From NCBI RefSeq assembly GCF_006345805.1, contig NC_042998.1:34906001-34970000 (forward strand): DNA of 64,000 bases, in the 5' to 3' direction. Origin of the DNA: Octopus sinensis (lineage: Eukaryota). Position 1 is the stretch's first letter. Every line of letters starts with the position of its first letter. Shown piece by piece: positions 22,171 through 37,033 of the stretch. The position numbers and the translations under genes were made by a program. The notes beneath the pieces were generated by a model that was given only the letters and a program-made list of their open reading frames with translations, was not told the origin of the DNA and ran no database searches.

Positions 22171-24434
22171 AATGTAGTTGTAAATAGAAATTTCGCAACA
22201 AAACAATCTACAATGGATTAATATTCCAATTTCAAAACGAAAATTATCAGTGCTGCAAAAGATGCATCGACGCTTCGTAATCTATGTTAAGGGGAGTTAC
22301 GTCGTAAGATTTTCTGCACAGACTAATATCGAAAGATGACAATATAACAAAATGAAAGTGGTAAATTTAGAACTCACAGACTATTGAGTAGGATAGTAGA
22401 ATGGTAGAAGAGTAGAATGTGATAGAATGAGTTGGAATTGAAATCTTCATTATAATTATTTTATTGTTATTGCACGGAGAATGGACACTGATAAGACAGA
22501 CATGGAATGACATAATATTCTTTTATTAGTATATAATTGACGTTTCTAACAATTCGTTCAGGTCTTTAGTGACCAAATTATCACGTATCACTAATGATAT
22601 GTAAAGCCGACATCGTAGTTCAGAGAAAGAGATATTCCTGCCCGGGGAAGAAGAAAGGAGACAGCGACTGGCAGCGTGATGTGAATACTATATTCCCAGA
22701 CTTTCTAATTTTCATGTTACCGAACCAGAGATAGTTAACATGCTGTGTTAAAAGTTCTTCAATCAAAATTTCCCCAAGTTTTAAGAAATAATGTTTTAGT
22801 GTCAACATGTTATTTTACCGAAAAACTGTTAAAAAGTGTTATTTTACCGAAAAATTACATAGGATTATCTAAAATAACACAGGATTATTTAAAGGGCACG
22901 TGTTTGTTCTTATTTTTGCTTTCTCATTTCGAATAATGCAAAAAGAAAAGGACTTAGCGATTTATTATAAAGAGGGCTGTGGAATGTTTCCATTTTTATT
23001 TACTATGTTAGAAAAGCCTTGAACTAACAAACATCCGATTGATTGTTTAACCAGCACATTCAGCAAACGATCAATTAGTTAGCTGGATATATATTTAACC
23101 AGTTGACTAACAATAAAGAAGTGATATTGAATCAATGCGTGTGTTATCATTATTGACGTAATGACCCTCCCATGATAAGATATGTTAGAAATCTTTCTGA
23201 AAATCAGCGTTTCTAACGAAAATGATCACTTCAGGCAGCTTGATATATAGCAACTTATTCAACATTTTCCAGTTTTTTCTCTAAACATATAAAGATTTAT
23301 GAGTTGTTACTAAGGTGACGTCTTTGCAGAATTGTTAATACATCAGACAAAATGTTCAGCCTTATGTTCTAAGTTCAAATACTGCTGAGTTAGACTTGGT
23401 CTTTCTTCCTTTCGGAGTCGATAAAAAAGTGTCGGTTGAGCTGTGGTATCGATGTGATCGACTTACCCATTACTCTTGTTCCAAAATTGGAAAGAAATAT
23501 AAATTGTTACTGAAGAAAGAACTGAAAAGAATAAAACCATTTCACCCTCAGCTGAATCGGTCTTTCTGAATGAATAAATCCAATACTTTACTCATTAAAA
23601 ACTCTCATCGGTTAGTAATATTTGATGGTGACTATGAACATGAGAAAACTTACGTTGTAATATTTACTGACGAATAAAACTGCGATGGTTAAGGAGCGAT
23701 ATCTAAAATGTGAGAGATACCATTGATAGGAAATGAAACACTTAAAAGCATGAAACAATTGACAGATGAAGTTTAAGTAACTGCATTGTTACGCAGAGTG
23801 CACATTGAAGAACTTGAATAGAACAAGGAAGTAAAAATAGATTATATTTGACAAGTACTAACATGGAAATACCAAACTAAACATGCTGCAATTACGTTTA
23901 CATTAAAATAATTATGTTCCATGGATTAAACTATTTTGCACGTAAATCGGATTCCATTATTCACTTCTGTAAATATTTGTACTGTCAAATGTTATCATCT
24001 TTATTCATCTGCGAAAATAATTAATTCTATTATTAATATAAAGTTTTCGGCGAAATCAAAGTTATTTCTTGTATTTGTTTCTTTCCTTTGCATTTTATTC
24101 TATTGAGCATAATTTAATGCTATTGTGTTCTTACAGTTAAAAACACAAATAAATGTGTCTCAAACATTTAGAATTATCATCATGTGAAGTTGCTGGATAG
24201 ACTAGTAAAGTCAATTCAAATGCTCGTACGTACATGGGTATGTGTTTACTCACGCTCATAGACACGCACACACGCTCATACAGACCATATGCTCAGTGTA
24301 GAAACCACGAAGTGGTCCTCAAATGAATTTCAACTTGAACTCAGAATCCGTCATCCAGGACTAAGTCCACAGCGTCAGAAGTGACTAGAAGAGAAATCTA
24401 AGACGGGCCGATATGGCGGTAGTGATGCAAATCG

Positions 24435-24666
24435 GGCGGCGAGCTGGCAAGAAACGTTAGCACGCCGGGCGAAATGCGTAGCCGTATTTTGTCTGCCGTT
24501 ACGTTCTGAGTTCAAATTCCGCCGAGGTCGACTTTTCCTGTCATCCTTTCGGGGTCGATTAAATAAGTACCAGTTACGCACTGGGGTCGATATAATCGAC
24601 TTAACCCGTTTGTCTGTCCTTGTTTGTCCTCTCTGTGTTTAGCCCCTTGAGGGTAGTAAAGAAATA
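24435..24666 (+). mobile_element. SINE family A, tail A1, full length
   Basis: 15-bp TSD ggtagtgatgcaaat at 24418-24432 and 24667-24681. Confidence 0.92.
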
Positions 24667-24856
24667 GGTAGTGATGCAAATAGAAATGAGACTAATTGTA
24701 CTTATTCGCATGACTAACCTATATGCATATATGTTCATATGTATGTGTGTGTGTAAGGAAGAACTAGCTTCTTCACGGTGAACTACGTGTACAATCAAGG
24801 CCTAATTTCTCATAGTACTGATGCTCTCTCTCTTTCTCTCTCTCTCTTCCCACTCC

Positions 24857-24897
<41 letters not shown>

Positions 24898-24934
24898 ATA
24901 TATATATATGTATATATATATATTATATATATAT

Positions 24935-25343
24935 GGAGTGGCTGTGTGGTAAGTAGCTTGTTTACTAACCACACGGTTCCGGGTTCAGTCCCACTGGGTG
25001 GCACCTTGGGCAAGTGTCTTCTGCTATAGCCTCGGGCCGACCAAAGCCTTGTGAGTGGATTTGGTAGACGGAAACTGAAAAGAAGCCCGTCGTATATATG
25101 TATATATATGTATGCGTGTGTGTGTTTGTGTGTCTGTGTTTGTCCTCCTAGCATTGCTTGACAACCGATGCTGGTGTGTTTATGTCCCCGTTACTTAGCG
25201 GTTCGGCAAAAGAGACCGATAGAATAAGTACTGGGCTTACAAAAGAATAAGTCCCGGGGTCGAGTTGCTCGATTAAAGGCGGTGCTCCAGCATGGCCGCA
25301 GTCAAATGACTGAAACAAATAATAGAGTAATAGAGTAATAGAG

Positions 25344-25344
<1 letters not shown>
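24935..25344 (+). mobile_element. SINE family B, full length
   Basis: ggagtggctgtgtggtaag head, CORE-like domain, (aatagagt)n tail. Confidence 0.92.
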
Positions 25345-25395
<51 letters not shown>

Positions 25396-26674
25396 GTGTG
25401 TGTGTGTGTGTGTGTGTGCGTGCGTGTTTATTTTGTACATATATTCACCCGATAAAATCATTTTATTCTTTTCGCATGATGTAAAAAATGACACGTCTGA
25501 AACAGCTGTAGCAAGTGAACCACTATCCATCCGTTGTTATTTGTTTATGCATGTGTGATGTGTGCGTGCGTGCGCGTGAGTGTGTGTGTAGAGAGAACGT
25601 GTGCTGGTACATTAATGGAGCATTAGCATAAGGTTTAAAGATATTCCGGCTGCTATTCTAACATGCCCGGTGACTTACATGAAGGTTTGTCTTGCTTGCT
25701 CATCATCGTAATGTTGATGAGTATAGTGTTACTTACCATACGTCCATTCATATAAAGACATTCAGAACACTAAACGCACAACGCTCATACTGAATACGTT
25801 TGAATCCGCTGAGAGCCAAGTCTAATTTTTCCGGTTCGCCTAAACATCAGATCTGGTATATTGTCCCGATTACTGAGAAAGCCTTTTTAGAGGAAATTCT
25901 GAACTGAACTGGAGTACTTATTAAAAGTCTTCTATTTATCGTTTATGATTCTGGTAACTTTATTAGTAATATTACTGGAAGGCTCTTAGCATTCACTTTA
26001 CTCTTCGATTAGAATGACACAGCTCCATTTATTCGACACTGAATGATGCTTATGGATATTTATTCACGTATGAAATGTTTTATGCCAATCAACTGTGAAA
26101 TAGTTCAAAAATTAAAAGCCAATTTAACTTTCATTCTACTTTCCATTTAAATAGCAATGAAATCGTAAAGCTCAAACTTTTCCAGATCATTTCGTTTATA
26201 TATTTATTTCTGTATTTATTTTCTCTTAAATTGTCGGATACCATCAGCATCTGGAATCATTATGCTCCGCCTCTAACAGAAAAATGCATAAAATTTAAGT
26301 TTATAAGTGATGTAGCTTATGTCAATATTTTTTTTTAAATTCCGCTTTTTTCCCGTTTACACAATTTCTGTTCTTTTGATTGAGATATTTTGATTGTGCA
26401 TTTTGGATGCAAGCCTTGTTTGTCACCTTTCGTTTTACATGCGAATGCCAAAAACAAATGGTTCTTAGAATAACCAGAAGTTGTATCGCCAAAAATGCAT
26501 CTTTAAATTTATAATTCATAAAAGAGTTCTGTAAAATAGGTGTAAAGATATGGAACAAAATATAAGACGGCCTAACCGAATAAAAACTATTAAATGCGAA
26601 TATACATGTGTGTTTGTGTGTGTGTGTGTATGTGTGTGTGTTGTGTGTGAATTGTGTTGTATCTGAGTGTGTTT

Positions 26675-26712
<38 letters not shown>

Positions 26713-26968
26713 TAAAAGCGGTATCTAAAGAAAATAACGTAGGACTCCAATAGCAAACCGATCAAAGTGGAAATTGATATGGTGTGCAAACAAATCCTAG
26801 AAGGTATCGTCCCCAAACTTTTATATACTAGAGAAACAAAGGAGCATCCAAAGATAATCTTGATAAGGAGTATACGGAGATGTGCCAGCAAACTCCAACA
26901 TACCGACGGACGAAAACTAGTCACGAAAACTAGTCACAGCAATATATGTGATACAAAGCCCTAATACA

Positions 26969-27200
26969 TATTTCTTTACTACCCACAAGTGACTAAACAC
27001 AGAGGACAAACAAGGACAGACAAAGGCATTAAGTCGACTATATCGACCCCAGTGCGTAACTGGTACTTATTTAATCGACCCCGAAAGGATGACAGGCAAA
27101 GTCGACCTCGGCGGAATTTGAACTCAGAACGTATCGGCAGACGAAATACCGCTAAGCATTTAACCCGGCGTGCTAACGTTTCTGCCAGCTCGTCGCCCTA
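26969..27200 (-). mobile_element. SINE family A, tail A1
   Basis: 17-bp TSD tacaaagccctaataca at 26952-26968 and 27201-27217. Confidence 0.92.
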
Positions 27201-28342
27201 TACAAAGCCCTAATACAATCACCGTAACACTACCAAGTCGACCATAAAACACGATACATTATTCGAACGCGAAGAAACTCACCATCTAAGCTAGTAATAA
27301 CCAAATAAAAGCACACTGTCCACAAACGAAAACAGATGTTACTACAATGGCTCAAAGTATGCTTGCTGCGGTAATCAATACAAAAACGGTGCTACAAGAG
27401 GAAAAATCGATAACATTTATATTGTCGTAAGGGTGAGACTTTCAAAATGGATATACCCAACAGACACATTCGTTTTACATTATATACAGAGGGAATGCAA
27501 AAGCACTATAAAGCAACGTGTGGAACATATAGTGAATATTATAGATGTAAATGAGAAGGCAGTATTAAAGGATAGTGTTATAGCTTATATAAATGGTTCC
27601 GTGCATCTTTCTCGAGCACCGTAAAAGCACTGCATAATGATATAGGGAATATACGTGCTCAACAGGAGGAAGAAAGCCGTGTGAAGTTGCAGGACTCGTG
27701 ATAAATTTATTTTAAAAGAAAAATCTCGTCTGAATTTCAATCTTGATAAATAGCTTTTTTGAGGAATGGAAATGATGATCCCACGAGAACAATAATTCAT
27801 ATCAGTCAATAAAACAAAGTGACTAAACAATTGGTCATTGAAAAAGAATAAAATTCAGAGATATCAGTTACGAAAAAAATAAACCCCCCAGAAAAAACGA
27901 ACAAATACAAGAAGGAAATTTCACGATAGCGGACAGACTCCCACGACGTCAATAAAAGCAACAACAATAATGATAATCAGGAAGAATGGAACTTAACACT
28001 GGACAAGGGTAAATGAAGTAAAACAACCAATGAATTGACCGGTGAAAGAATACATCAAAAGAAGAAAAAAAAATAACAAAACAAAAAACAGCACGCAAAA
28101 AACAATAATATATTTCGAAATTATCCAATGAAAGTGATAGCTGTTCACGGTGAAGTAGGCTGATTTGAATAGTGTCATCCTCTCCTTTGTATAAACAGTA
28201 ACATTTATACTCAAACACACAGATACAGCCACACACACACAGCCAGACACACACACACACGCGAGCTTATTGTATACAGTGCTCAAGTGTAGTACTACTT
28301 CTGAAACACATACATATATGTATGTATAAGTATATATATATG

Positions 28343-28635
28343 TCACGTGACCGACCAGACCATCAGATGTTGTTACACATCGCTGGTCACAATGCATTCG
28401 CATTGTTTTAGCCTTCGAATGACGCCACCCCGCTGGCTAAGCGAGCAGGCCAACAGAAGAAAGAGTGGGAGAAAGAGTGGTGAAAGAGTACAGCAGGGAT
28501 TACCACACCCTGCCGGAGCCTCGTGGAGTTTTTAGGTGTTTTCGCTCAATAAATACTCACAACGAAACCGCGAATCGAAACCGCGATCCTACGACCGCGA
28601 GTCCGCTGCCCTAACCACTGGGCCACTGCGCCTCC
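28343..28635 (-). mobile_element. SINE family C, tail type b
   Basis: Same head as 3201; different tail ...gaaggctaaaacaatgcgaatgcattgtgaccagcgatgtg...ggtcggtcacgtga. Confidence 0.88.
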
Positions 28636-28647
28636 ATATATATATAT

Positions 28648-28702
<55 letters not shown>

Positions 28703-28971
28703 ATGTGTGTGTGTGTGCGTGTGTGCACAGGACGTCACGAAACGTGTACAACAAAAATATACAAAGCACTAGTACATGGGACATGAACTGTTCTTTGGAA
28801 CAACGAAAGACATAGCTGGAAAACAAAACAAACAACATAAAGAACGACCCTTCATCAGTCGCTGGTAGTTTTTCTTGTCTCGTATTTCGAGCATTTAACA
28901 ACAATATACGCTTTCGATAAAACAGTTGCTCCCGCAAAGCAAATTAAATAAAATTTAGGATTTTGTGAACA

Positions 28972-29026
<55 letters not shown>

Positions 29027-29819
29027 CATAAATATACTTACATACATATATATGTATGTATGCATGCATGTCTGTTTTCTTTTTCTTCGTGTGTATATGT
29101 AGGCATGCGTGTATAGCACTTTGTTGATTCACCAGAAGCAATAAATCACAGGACTCAATGCAAACATAGAGCGTTCTTTAATAGATTATAACCCGAAAGG
29201 CTCCGATTCTCAGTTTCTCAAGATTTTTACTCATTTCCGATCATCAGCTGGTAAACGGAACCTAGTTTCCTTTGGAATATCCACTAACGATTCTGCCAGC
29301 TCGCCGCCTTTCAGATTCTATATATTGAGAAACAAAAGAGGTAGCCAGAATACTGGATAAATATTTATTAGCGCTTTCGCTTCGTTCATTGAGATTTATC
29401 AGATTTAAGTTTTAGAGACAATTTCTGGAAGAAGGTGTTTTTGTCTGTTATGTGTGAATATATTTATATATGCATATATACATACATATATGTACATACC
29501 TACATATATATGTATATATACATGTACATGTGGGTACAGGACTTTACAAAAAAAACGTGAACAGTCTAATATATTCTTTTGCAGTCTTATGCCATCTTAT
29601 ATTTATTTTGCAATAAAATACTTACTGTGGAGAGACATTTTGAACAAGCTGTATAATATACCTATATTGGCAAAGGCAATATGTGTGTGTGTGTGTGTGC
29701 GTGTGTGTGTGCGTGTGTGTGAGTGTGTGTGTGTGTCTGTGTGTGTGTGTGCGTGTGTGTACACACATAATTGAAATGTGATAGTTCGAGAATGGAATGG
29801 AGTGAACGATGTGATTGCA

Positions 29820-30078
29820 AAATAGCGAAAGCGCAGATTCCGCTAAGCGGGATGTGTCGGAAGGTTCACAAACAGCAGGAAGACCTGTAGAGTTGTCAAG
29901 TGGTAACCGAGAGATAGGAAAAGGTTACTTGGAAGGCCACCACAACGATGGGAAGATGATTTTGTTAAGCAGTTTGGGTCATGATTGAAAAGAAGGTCGC
30001 CATCAAGATAGTATTGGAAGTGTATTGTGACCAGCGGTGTATAACTGCATCTTATGGTCTGATTGATACTGTGATACT

Positions 30079-30085
<7 letters not shown>
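29820..30085 (+). mobile_element. Unclassified repeat ending in a C-b-like tail
   Basis: 3' part gtattgtgaccagcggtgtataactgcatcttatggtctgattgatactgtgat resembles tail b of 28343 and 61518; the upstream part is unrelated. Confidence 0.5.
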
Positions 30086-30164
<79 letters not shown>

Positions 30165-30279
30165 CATACATATGTGTGTGTGTATGTATGTACGTATGTA
30201 TATGTATAAATGCTTACATTCATATATATATAATATATATATATATACATAAGCATATATAGACACACGTATATATATA

Positions 30280-30311
<32 letters not shown>

Positions 30312-30793
30312 TAGTGTCAGATCACTTTCGAGTGCTACTGGTAACATGTAAACCCAGTACAATCTTCTTGCACAGTCATTGCACGATAACAACATTGATT
30401 AAGCTTTGTGCAATGGCCATACTCGATAACGAGGGCGCAGCCACCATATATATATATATCATATACATAGTGTATATATGTACATGCACACACATATTGT
30501 AAAAGAGAAAGACAGAGTGGGAGATGGTGAAAGAAACTCGATTGATCAATATGTGAATACAAAGAGAGTTATAGACAAATAAAATCTGCGCCAGTACACA
30601 CGTAAGATAAAATTCTGAAAAACACAATATAGATATCTTTTTTTATGATTCTTAAGAAATTTCTTTGAATGAAACTCGTCAAAAATATATTGTACAAATG
30701 CCGTAAATTCTAATCTAGAAATTATCTTATAAACTGGATTGTACTACTTAAGAAACAATATTGCACCCTTTAAATTATATTGCACTACGTATT

Positions 30794-31201
30794 CTTTCAT
30801 TCTTTTACTTGTTTCAGTCATTTGACTGCGGGCGGCCGTGCTGGAGCACCACCTCTAGTCGAGCAAATCGACCCCAGGACTTATATTCCTTGTAAGCCTA
30901 GTACTTATTTTATCAGGGTTTTTTTGCCGAACCGCTAAATTACGGGGACGTAAACGCATCAGCATCGGTTGTCAAGCGATGTTTGGGGGAAGGACAGACA
31001 GAAACACCCCCCCACATATATATATATATATATATATATGATGGGCTTCTTTCAGTTTCCGTCTACCAAATCCACTCACAGACTTTGGTCGGCTCTAGGC
31101 TATAGTAGAAGACACTTGCCCAAAGTGCCACGCAGTGGGACTGAATCCGGGACCATGTGGTTGGGAAGCAATCTACTTACCACACAGCCACTCTTGCGCC
31201 T
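30794..31201 (-). mobile_element. SINE family B, full length
   Basis: Reverse complement of head, CORE-like domain and tail. Confidence 0.9.
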
Positions 31202-32120
31202 ATGTATACAATTCTTTTATAGACTGTATTCTTTTCGGCATGATACACTGTATTATGTATAGTAAATTCTACGCAGTATTCTGTGAATTAGATTTTTACT
31301 AGTGTAAAGAAATACAGGTGTAAAGAAATTAAAAAAAGACCGACAAAGAAATAAATTAATAAGTAGATAAAAATGAAGAATACAAAGTAAATTAGAAAAT
31401 ATATAAAGATGCCAATGAAAAAGATTATTGAATAACTATAAAGAGAAACTGAGAATTTAAGATATCATAAAAATATAAGAATGCCATAATTATAACAGAC
31501 CCAATTTATACATGTCAATAGATGAAGGAAGGTATATAGAATCTAGGACAAGGATGTTACGTATAAATATTGGCTGGTAGTTACCGAAGGCGATTGGAGA
31601 GTATTGGCTTGTGGTAAAATGTAATTAGGTTTTTTTTTTAAAATCGATGCCTGCAGAATATTATTTCGCCAAGCTGTTTGTTACGGAGAATTTCTATTCT
31701 CGCCTTAATATTCCCAGATATTGCCTGCTGAACAGATTGCATGTAGTGCAACCATCTTATTAAAGTCTCCTAGTCCTAATAATAGACGAGGTAATATTAC
31801 ATAAAATGTTATTTGCCTTGAAGTAATGGATATAATTTACTAATTAGGTGGAAGTTTTGCAGTTAATATTATAAAAAATAAACTGACATGAGCTAATTTC
31901 GTTACTTCAAATCAGTGAGAGATCCAATAAAATTTTTATTGCTCCTCAATGTAAAAGTGCATCTATAAACAACTTTATATTGCAAGTAATGAGCACGTAA
32001 AGGGCAATTTTTGGATCCTCCACTATTGCAATTATTTGTAAGATTTATTAAATAACCATTAGACTTGATGTGTTTCTTGCTAATTTCCCTATTCTTCTTC
32101 AAATACCAGTAATCTACTAC

Positions 32121-32500
32121 GGCGCTCCGCCGATTACAACGACGAGGGTTCCAGTTGGTTCGATCAACGGAACAGCCTGCTCGTGAAATTAACGTGCAAG
32201 TGGCTGAGAGCACTCAACAGATACGTGTACCCTTAACGTAGTTCTCGGGGAGATTCAGCGTAACACAGAGTGTGACAAGGCTGGCGTTTTGAAATAAAGG
32301 TACAACAGATACAGGAAGAAAGAGTGAGAGAAATTTGTGGTGAAAGAGTACAGCAGGGTTCGCCACCACTCCCTGCCGGAGCTTCGTGGAGCTTTAGGTG
32401 TTTTCGCTCAATAAACGCTCACAACGCCCGGTCTGGGAATCGAAACCGCGATCCTATGACAACAGGTTCACTGCCTTAACCACTGTGCCATTGCGCCTCC
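32121..32500 (-). mobile_element. SINE family C, tail type a
   Basis: Aligns end to end with 3201-3588. Confidence 0.88.
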
Positions 32501-33054
32501 ACATCAGTAATATTATCAATATGACTCATGTAATTATTATTGCGCTTATTACTTTCCCCATTAACACTACTTTGAACACTTTACTATTGGTACAATTATT
32601 CCTATTATTTTTATTCCTGTAATTAATATATGAGAATTCTTATAATAAAAATTATTATTATTATCAGCATCAGCAATGCTTATATTGCAATGAGTCCTAG
32701 GTAATTTTTAATTTTATTCTTTTTTTTTAATTAAAATTTTACCAGAAGTTTTATTCAGGTTATTATTTCAAGGGTTGTTATAGGAAATAATGTTGCAATT
32801 GTTATTTTCTACAGCTAATATTGCCTCTTATCACATTTAAACCATTGAGCTTCTATAGCCTCTGCAATAAGCTACAACAGAGTATGTATGGCTATGGATG
32901 TCTTCTTCTGTTAGAGGTCTTGGCTATAGAGTAAGAGAGCTTTAGTAGGGTAGAGGTGTTAAATATGGAATAGTACTCATGTTCAGGTGGGAAAGTAAAT
33001 TTTAGAATATTGAAAACACGCGCGCGCATAGACACACACATAGATATATGTACA

Positions 33055-33470
33055 GGGTGCGACGCTATGCTTCCATTCATTTTCCCACAAGGCCTCAGAC
33101 TCACCACGAACGCCTACATCAAGGGCCTTGATGAGGTAGTGCTGCCCTGGGCCAAAATGGTGGCTGCTAGAAGACCCTATGTCTGGCAACAAAACTTTGC
33201 ACCATGCCACACAAGCAAGGGAACTCATCCATCAATTTCTGCAACCACATCGCTCCTAACACCAGCATTCAGCAACTTAAACAAGGAGACCATCCAGAAG
33301 AGTTGCAGAAGATTCCGAAGTCGTTTGGAGGCTGTGGTTGAAGCCAATGGCGATTTTATTGGATAAATTTCGTCTTTAGTATTTCAGGATATTTTTATGT
33401 AACTTTGATGAATATATCTATTAAAATGAGATGTCAATGTTATTTACATTTTTGCGAAATTTGGACGACA
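33055..33470 (+). pseudogene. maT (DD37D)-type transposase C-terminal relic, second family
   Basis: MLPFIFPQGLRLTTNAYIKGLDEVVLPWAKMVAARRPYVWQQNFAPCHTS...NLNKETIQKSCRRFRSRLEAVVEANGDFIG*; internal deletion; C-terminus parallels the 1294-2417 element. Confidence 0.8.
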
Positions 33471-34422
33471 ATTCATTTCATGGACGACAATTCAAACAGC
33501 TATAGGAAGCTGTTGCAGCGCATGGTCAAACACTGACTGGAGAAGGTTACTGTTGGAAGGCTACACGTCTGGAAAACTCAGAAAGGGTTGTCGAAGAATT
33601 TCTATGATTTCACCAGCCCCAATTTCTGACGTCCTAATTCCTCCGATTATTCTGTGTGTTGCGAAATACACCTTGTATATGCATACACGATGGTTTGGCG
33701 AGCACTAGCGAAGCAATGTATATGCAAATTTGTAGCTCTAATAAGGCTTACAATTTCATAGATCGTCTCTACCCACTGACATGATTCAGAGACAAGATAA
33801 AGCAGTCGCAAGCTCAAGAAAATGGGAGCGCCATGAACTCAAACGTAAAAAAAGATACGCAAAAATGTCCCATGCCATTCCTTTTATGTTCAGTTTTATA
33901 TCAGAGTAACCCTCTCCTACAGAATGGCTTTAACAAAAGGTAAGAGGTGTCTCCGCACAATCGTCTTCTTACATACCAAACATCAACTCGGAATTTCTGA
34001 GGGTCCGGACTATTGCTAGATATTCGTTTAACGTACATTAGATTCATTAGTCCTTCTGTCTGGTTGTTATGTTTTTAGTCTAGAAACTTTCCTCACCAGG
34101 CAAGCATGGTAGCGGCACCAGTTTTGTCGGCGACTACCAGACAATGCAACAGGTTTTACTGGATTCCATGTTTCCAGTAGTATTCATGAAAGATCTGACA
34201 CACATATATACATACATACACACATACAGGCAGACAATAACGTATATACATGTGTGCGTGAGTGAGTGAGTATGGTTTTATGAAAGTAAAAGAAGAAGAA
34301 GAAGAAGAAGAAGAAGAAGATATATATTTACTTTCAGTAAATATTATTTATATGTATTCAGAAATTTCGATAATATTTTTTAAATTCAGATTTATATCCT
34401 TGTGTACGCCTGAGTAGCATTG

Positions 34423-34476
<54 letters not shown>

Positions 34477-34639
34477 TTGCTGCAGAAGTGTTGCATTTGG
34501 TATAAGTTTGGTACATTATGGTCGTATTGTGTAATCAAATGTAAAGTTATATGTGCTGAATCGAGAAGCGTAAATACAATAAAATTTGTACGAACTTAAT
34601 ATTTGTTCAAATTATATTGTTTGCTAAGAAATTTCATTA

Positions 34640-34687
<48 letters not shown>

Positions 34688-34734
34688 TGTGCGTGCGTGT
34701 GTGTGTAAGGAAAATTTCCCAAAAAAAAACAAAT

Positions 34735-34900
34735 AAAAGACGAAGACGGGTGTGTAAACAACAAACATATGTATTAGTTTAACGCTCGGGAAGTGAGAGT
34801 GTCTTTCACATTTCGAGCGTACGCTCTTCAACAGAAAGGAAAACGGAAATAAACTGGGAGAGAAAATAAAAATGTTTAGTGGCTAGCGATCTATCATGGC
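34735..34900 (-). mobile_element. Short repeat, HHR family 2, with a decayed hammerhead at 34801-34840
   Basis: TCCTTT-CTGTTGA-A-GAGC-GTAC-GCTC-GAAA-TGTG-AAAG; stem II perfect but the cleavage-site nucleotide is G. Confidence 0.75.
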
Positions 34901-35277
34901 AAATATATATAATATATATATATATTAATATATTATATATATATATATATATATATGTGTATGTATATGTATAAGGCAAAAAATACATACATATATATGT
35001 ATATGTATATGTATATGTGTGTGTGTGCATGTTTTGATGCTCAACACGGAATGATTAAAATTTTAGACAGAGATTGTGATGCGGTTGCAGTACGTGTTTA
35101 GTGTAATCAGATTAACATTGTGTGTCAATAGCCAGCTGGAAAAGATGTTTTCCTGGGGCTAAAACAACAGTAGCATCGTCCTTTATAGGACTGCCACATT
35201 CTGTTGGCATATGAACTTTCCTATTCGGCTTTGTTACTGTATATCCCTCGCTGAAAGATTTAAAATACACACGCACA

Positions 35278-35359
<82 letters not shown>

Positions 35360-35685
35360 GTATGTATATAGGACTGCAGCTCTGCTGACGCATCGCACGC
35401 ATACACACTCACACACACTCACTTATGTGTACCTATGTATCTATTTGTTTATATACATATATCAACCTCTATTAGACTACATACATACATACATACATAC
35501 ATACATACATACATACATACATACATTTACAGCGTTTGGGGGCAATCCGAGATTGAAGAGAATCAACCTACAACGCATTGGGATCGAACCCAAGACTCGT
35601 GTTTGCGAAGTAAACTTCTTATTTATTCATCCATGCTACATCTAAACAGACCGAGAGAGAGAAACAATGAGAGAAGGAGAAAGAA

Positions 35686-35704
35686 TGAAAGAAAGAAAGA
35701 AATC

Positions 35705-35756
<52 letters not shown>

Positions 35757-35761
35757 GAGAA
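35686..35761. repeat. (AAAG)n microsatellite
   Basis: Direct reading. Confidence 0.9.
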
Positions 35762-36169
35762 AAGTAAACACATATACATGGGCATTTGCAGAAGGGAAGG
35801 AACTTGTATTTGAGGTCTCCTCATATTTCCAGAGGCTTATGTTAATCCTTTTCTGATGTACTGTCTTTCGATTCTTGCACGTTGGCAAAAGGAATAATTG
35901 GTTTCGCCAAAACAATTTTCCTTGCAATTGATGTGGGTTGCGCAGTATATGAGACTCTGTGTCTTCCAGTTCATATCTACATTTATTTTGAAGGAGAATC
36001 CACTTTCAAATTTTAGTAAGTTGAATTTATCGCAAAACTCGACTTAATTTTTCACCACTGTAGATAAACTGTGAATAATACTCTTGCACAAGATACTCTC
36101 CTTAAAGATTCTCTAGTGATAAGAACCAGCGATACAGGCTCTAACATGTTGGTTACTCCTATTTCAAAG

Positions 36170-36920
36170 AAAATTCACAAGAAAGAACAAAATTTGATAA
36201 ACAAAAGCAAAATATATTGAAACAACAACTCCAGAATAAACTGGTGAATCTAAGCAAGCATGCATACTGGAAAATCATTCGACGGGACAACACAGCCAAC
36301 AACTTTGAAAGTTGGCGAAACAAAGAAAACCCAATTCTCCGAAGACCATGCCTCATTTAAGAAGTGAATGGTGAAAAGCTAGAAAAAAGAATGTTACGTG
36401 CAAATTTAGCATTATGCCGTCTAAAAGCAGAAATTTCTCTTCCCCAATCACGAAAAGTACGATATGAAGAAAAACTTAAAACAACTGATGCAGTCAAGTT
36501 TGCTGAAATCTCTGAACGAAGTGACAATCAAAGTCAGGAAAAACTACAACTATAGAAACAAGAAGAACTAAACGAGAAGAGAAAAAAATCCACAAAATCA
36601 AGTGTGGTTCACTGATTACGAAAAATATTATAGAGACGAATCCATTATGAAACAAAATCAAAATGAGAAAATACAGAAAAACAAAACCAAACAGAGACAT
36701 CGAGCCCAGCGGAACCAGACAAAGTATCAGACCTCCAGTCGTCCACAAACATATGGCCTCAACATCATCCTAAATGCAAACTAGAAACCTATACCCAGCA
36801 ATGCCAAAATATAATTCTACCACAAACAAATTTACAAAATATAGAAGACAACCATCAGCCCAAAATACTAGATAGCCAAGATGGACGAATACATGGGGAG
36901 AAATACAAGGAAAAATAGAC
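36170..36920 (+). pseudogene. Decayed Lys/Glu/Gln-rich ORF, probably a retroelement ORF1-like relic
   Basis: One frame stays open for ~130 codons with two stops (NILKQQLQNKLVNLSKHAYWKIIRR...ENPILRR...LKAEISL...YEEKLK), then frameshifts; strong purine/A skew; no splice signals. Confidence 0.4.
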
Positions 36921-36939
36921 AAGATAGAAATCATATATA

Positions 36940-37030
<91 letters not shown>

Positions 37031-37033
<3 letters not shown>

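Noticed and set aside
27433-27624. ORF containing IVNIIDVNEKAV, resembling a cadherin linker (octopus protocadherin expansion)
   Set aside because: No DRE, AxDxG or PxF motifs at the expected spacing and no splice context; likely chance.
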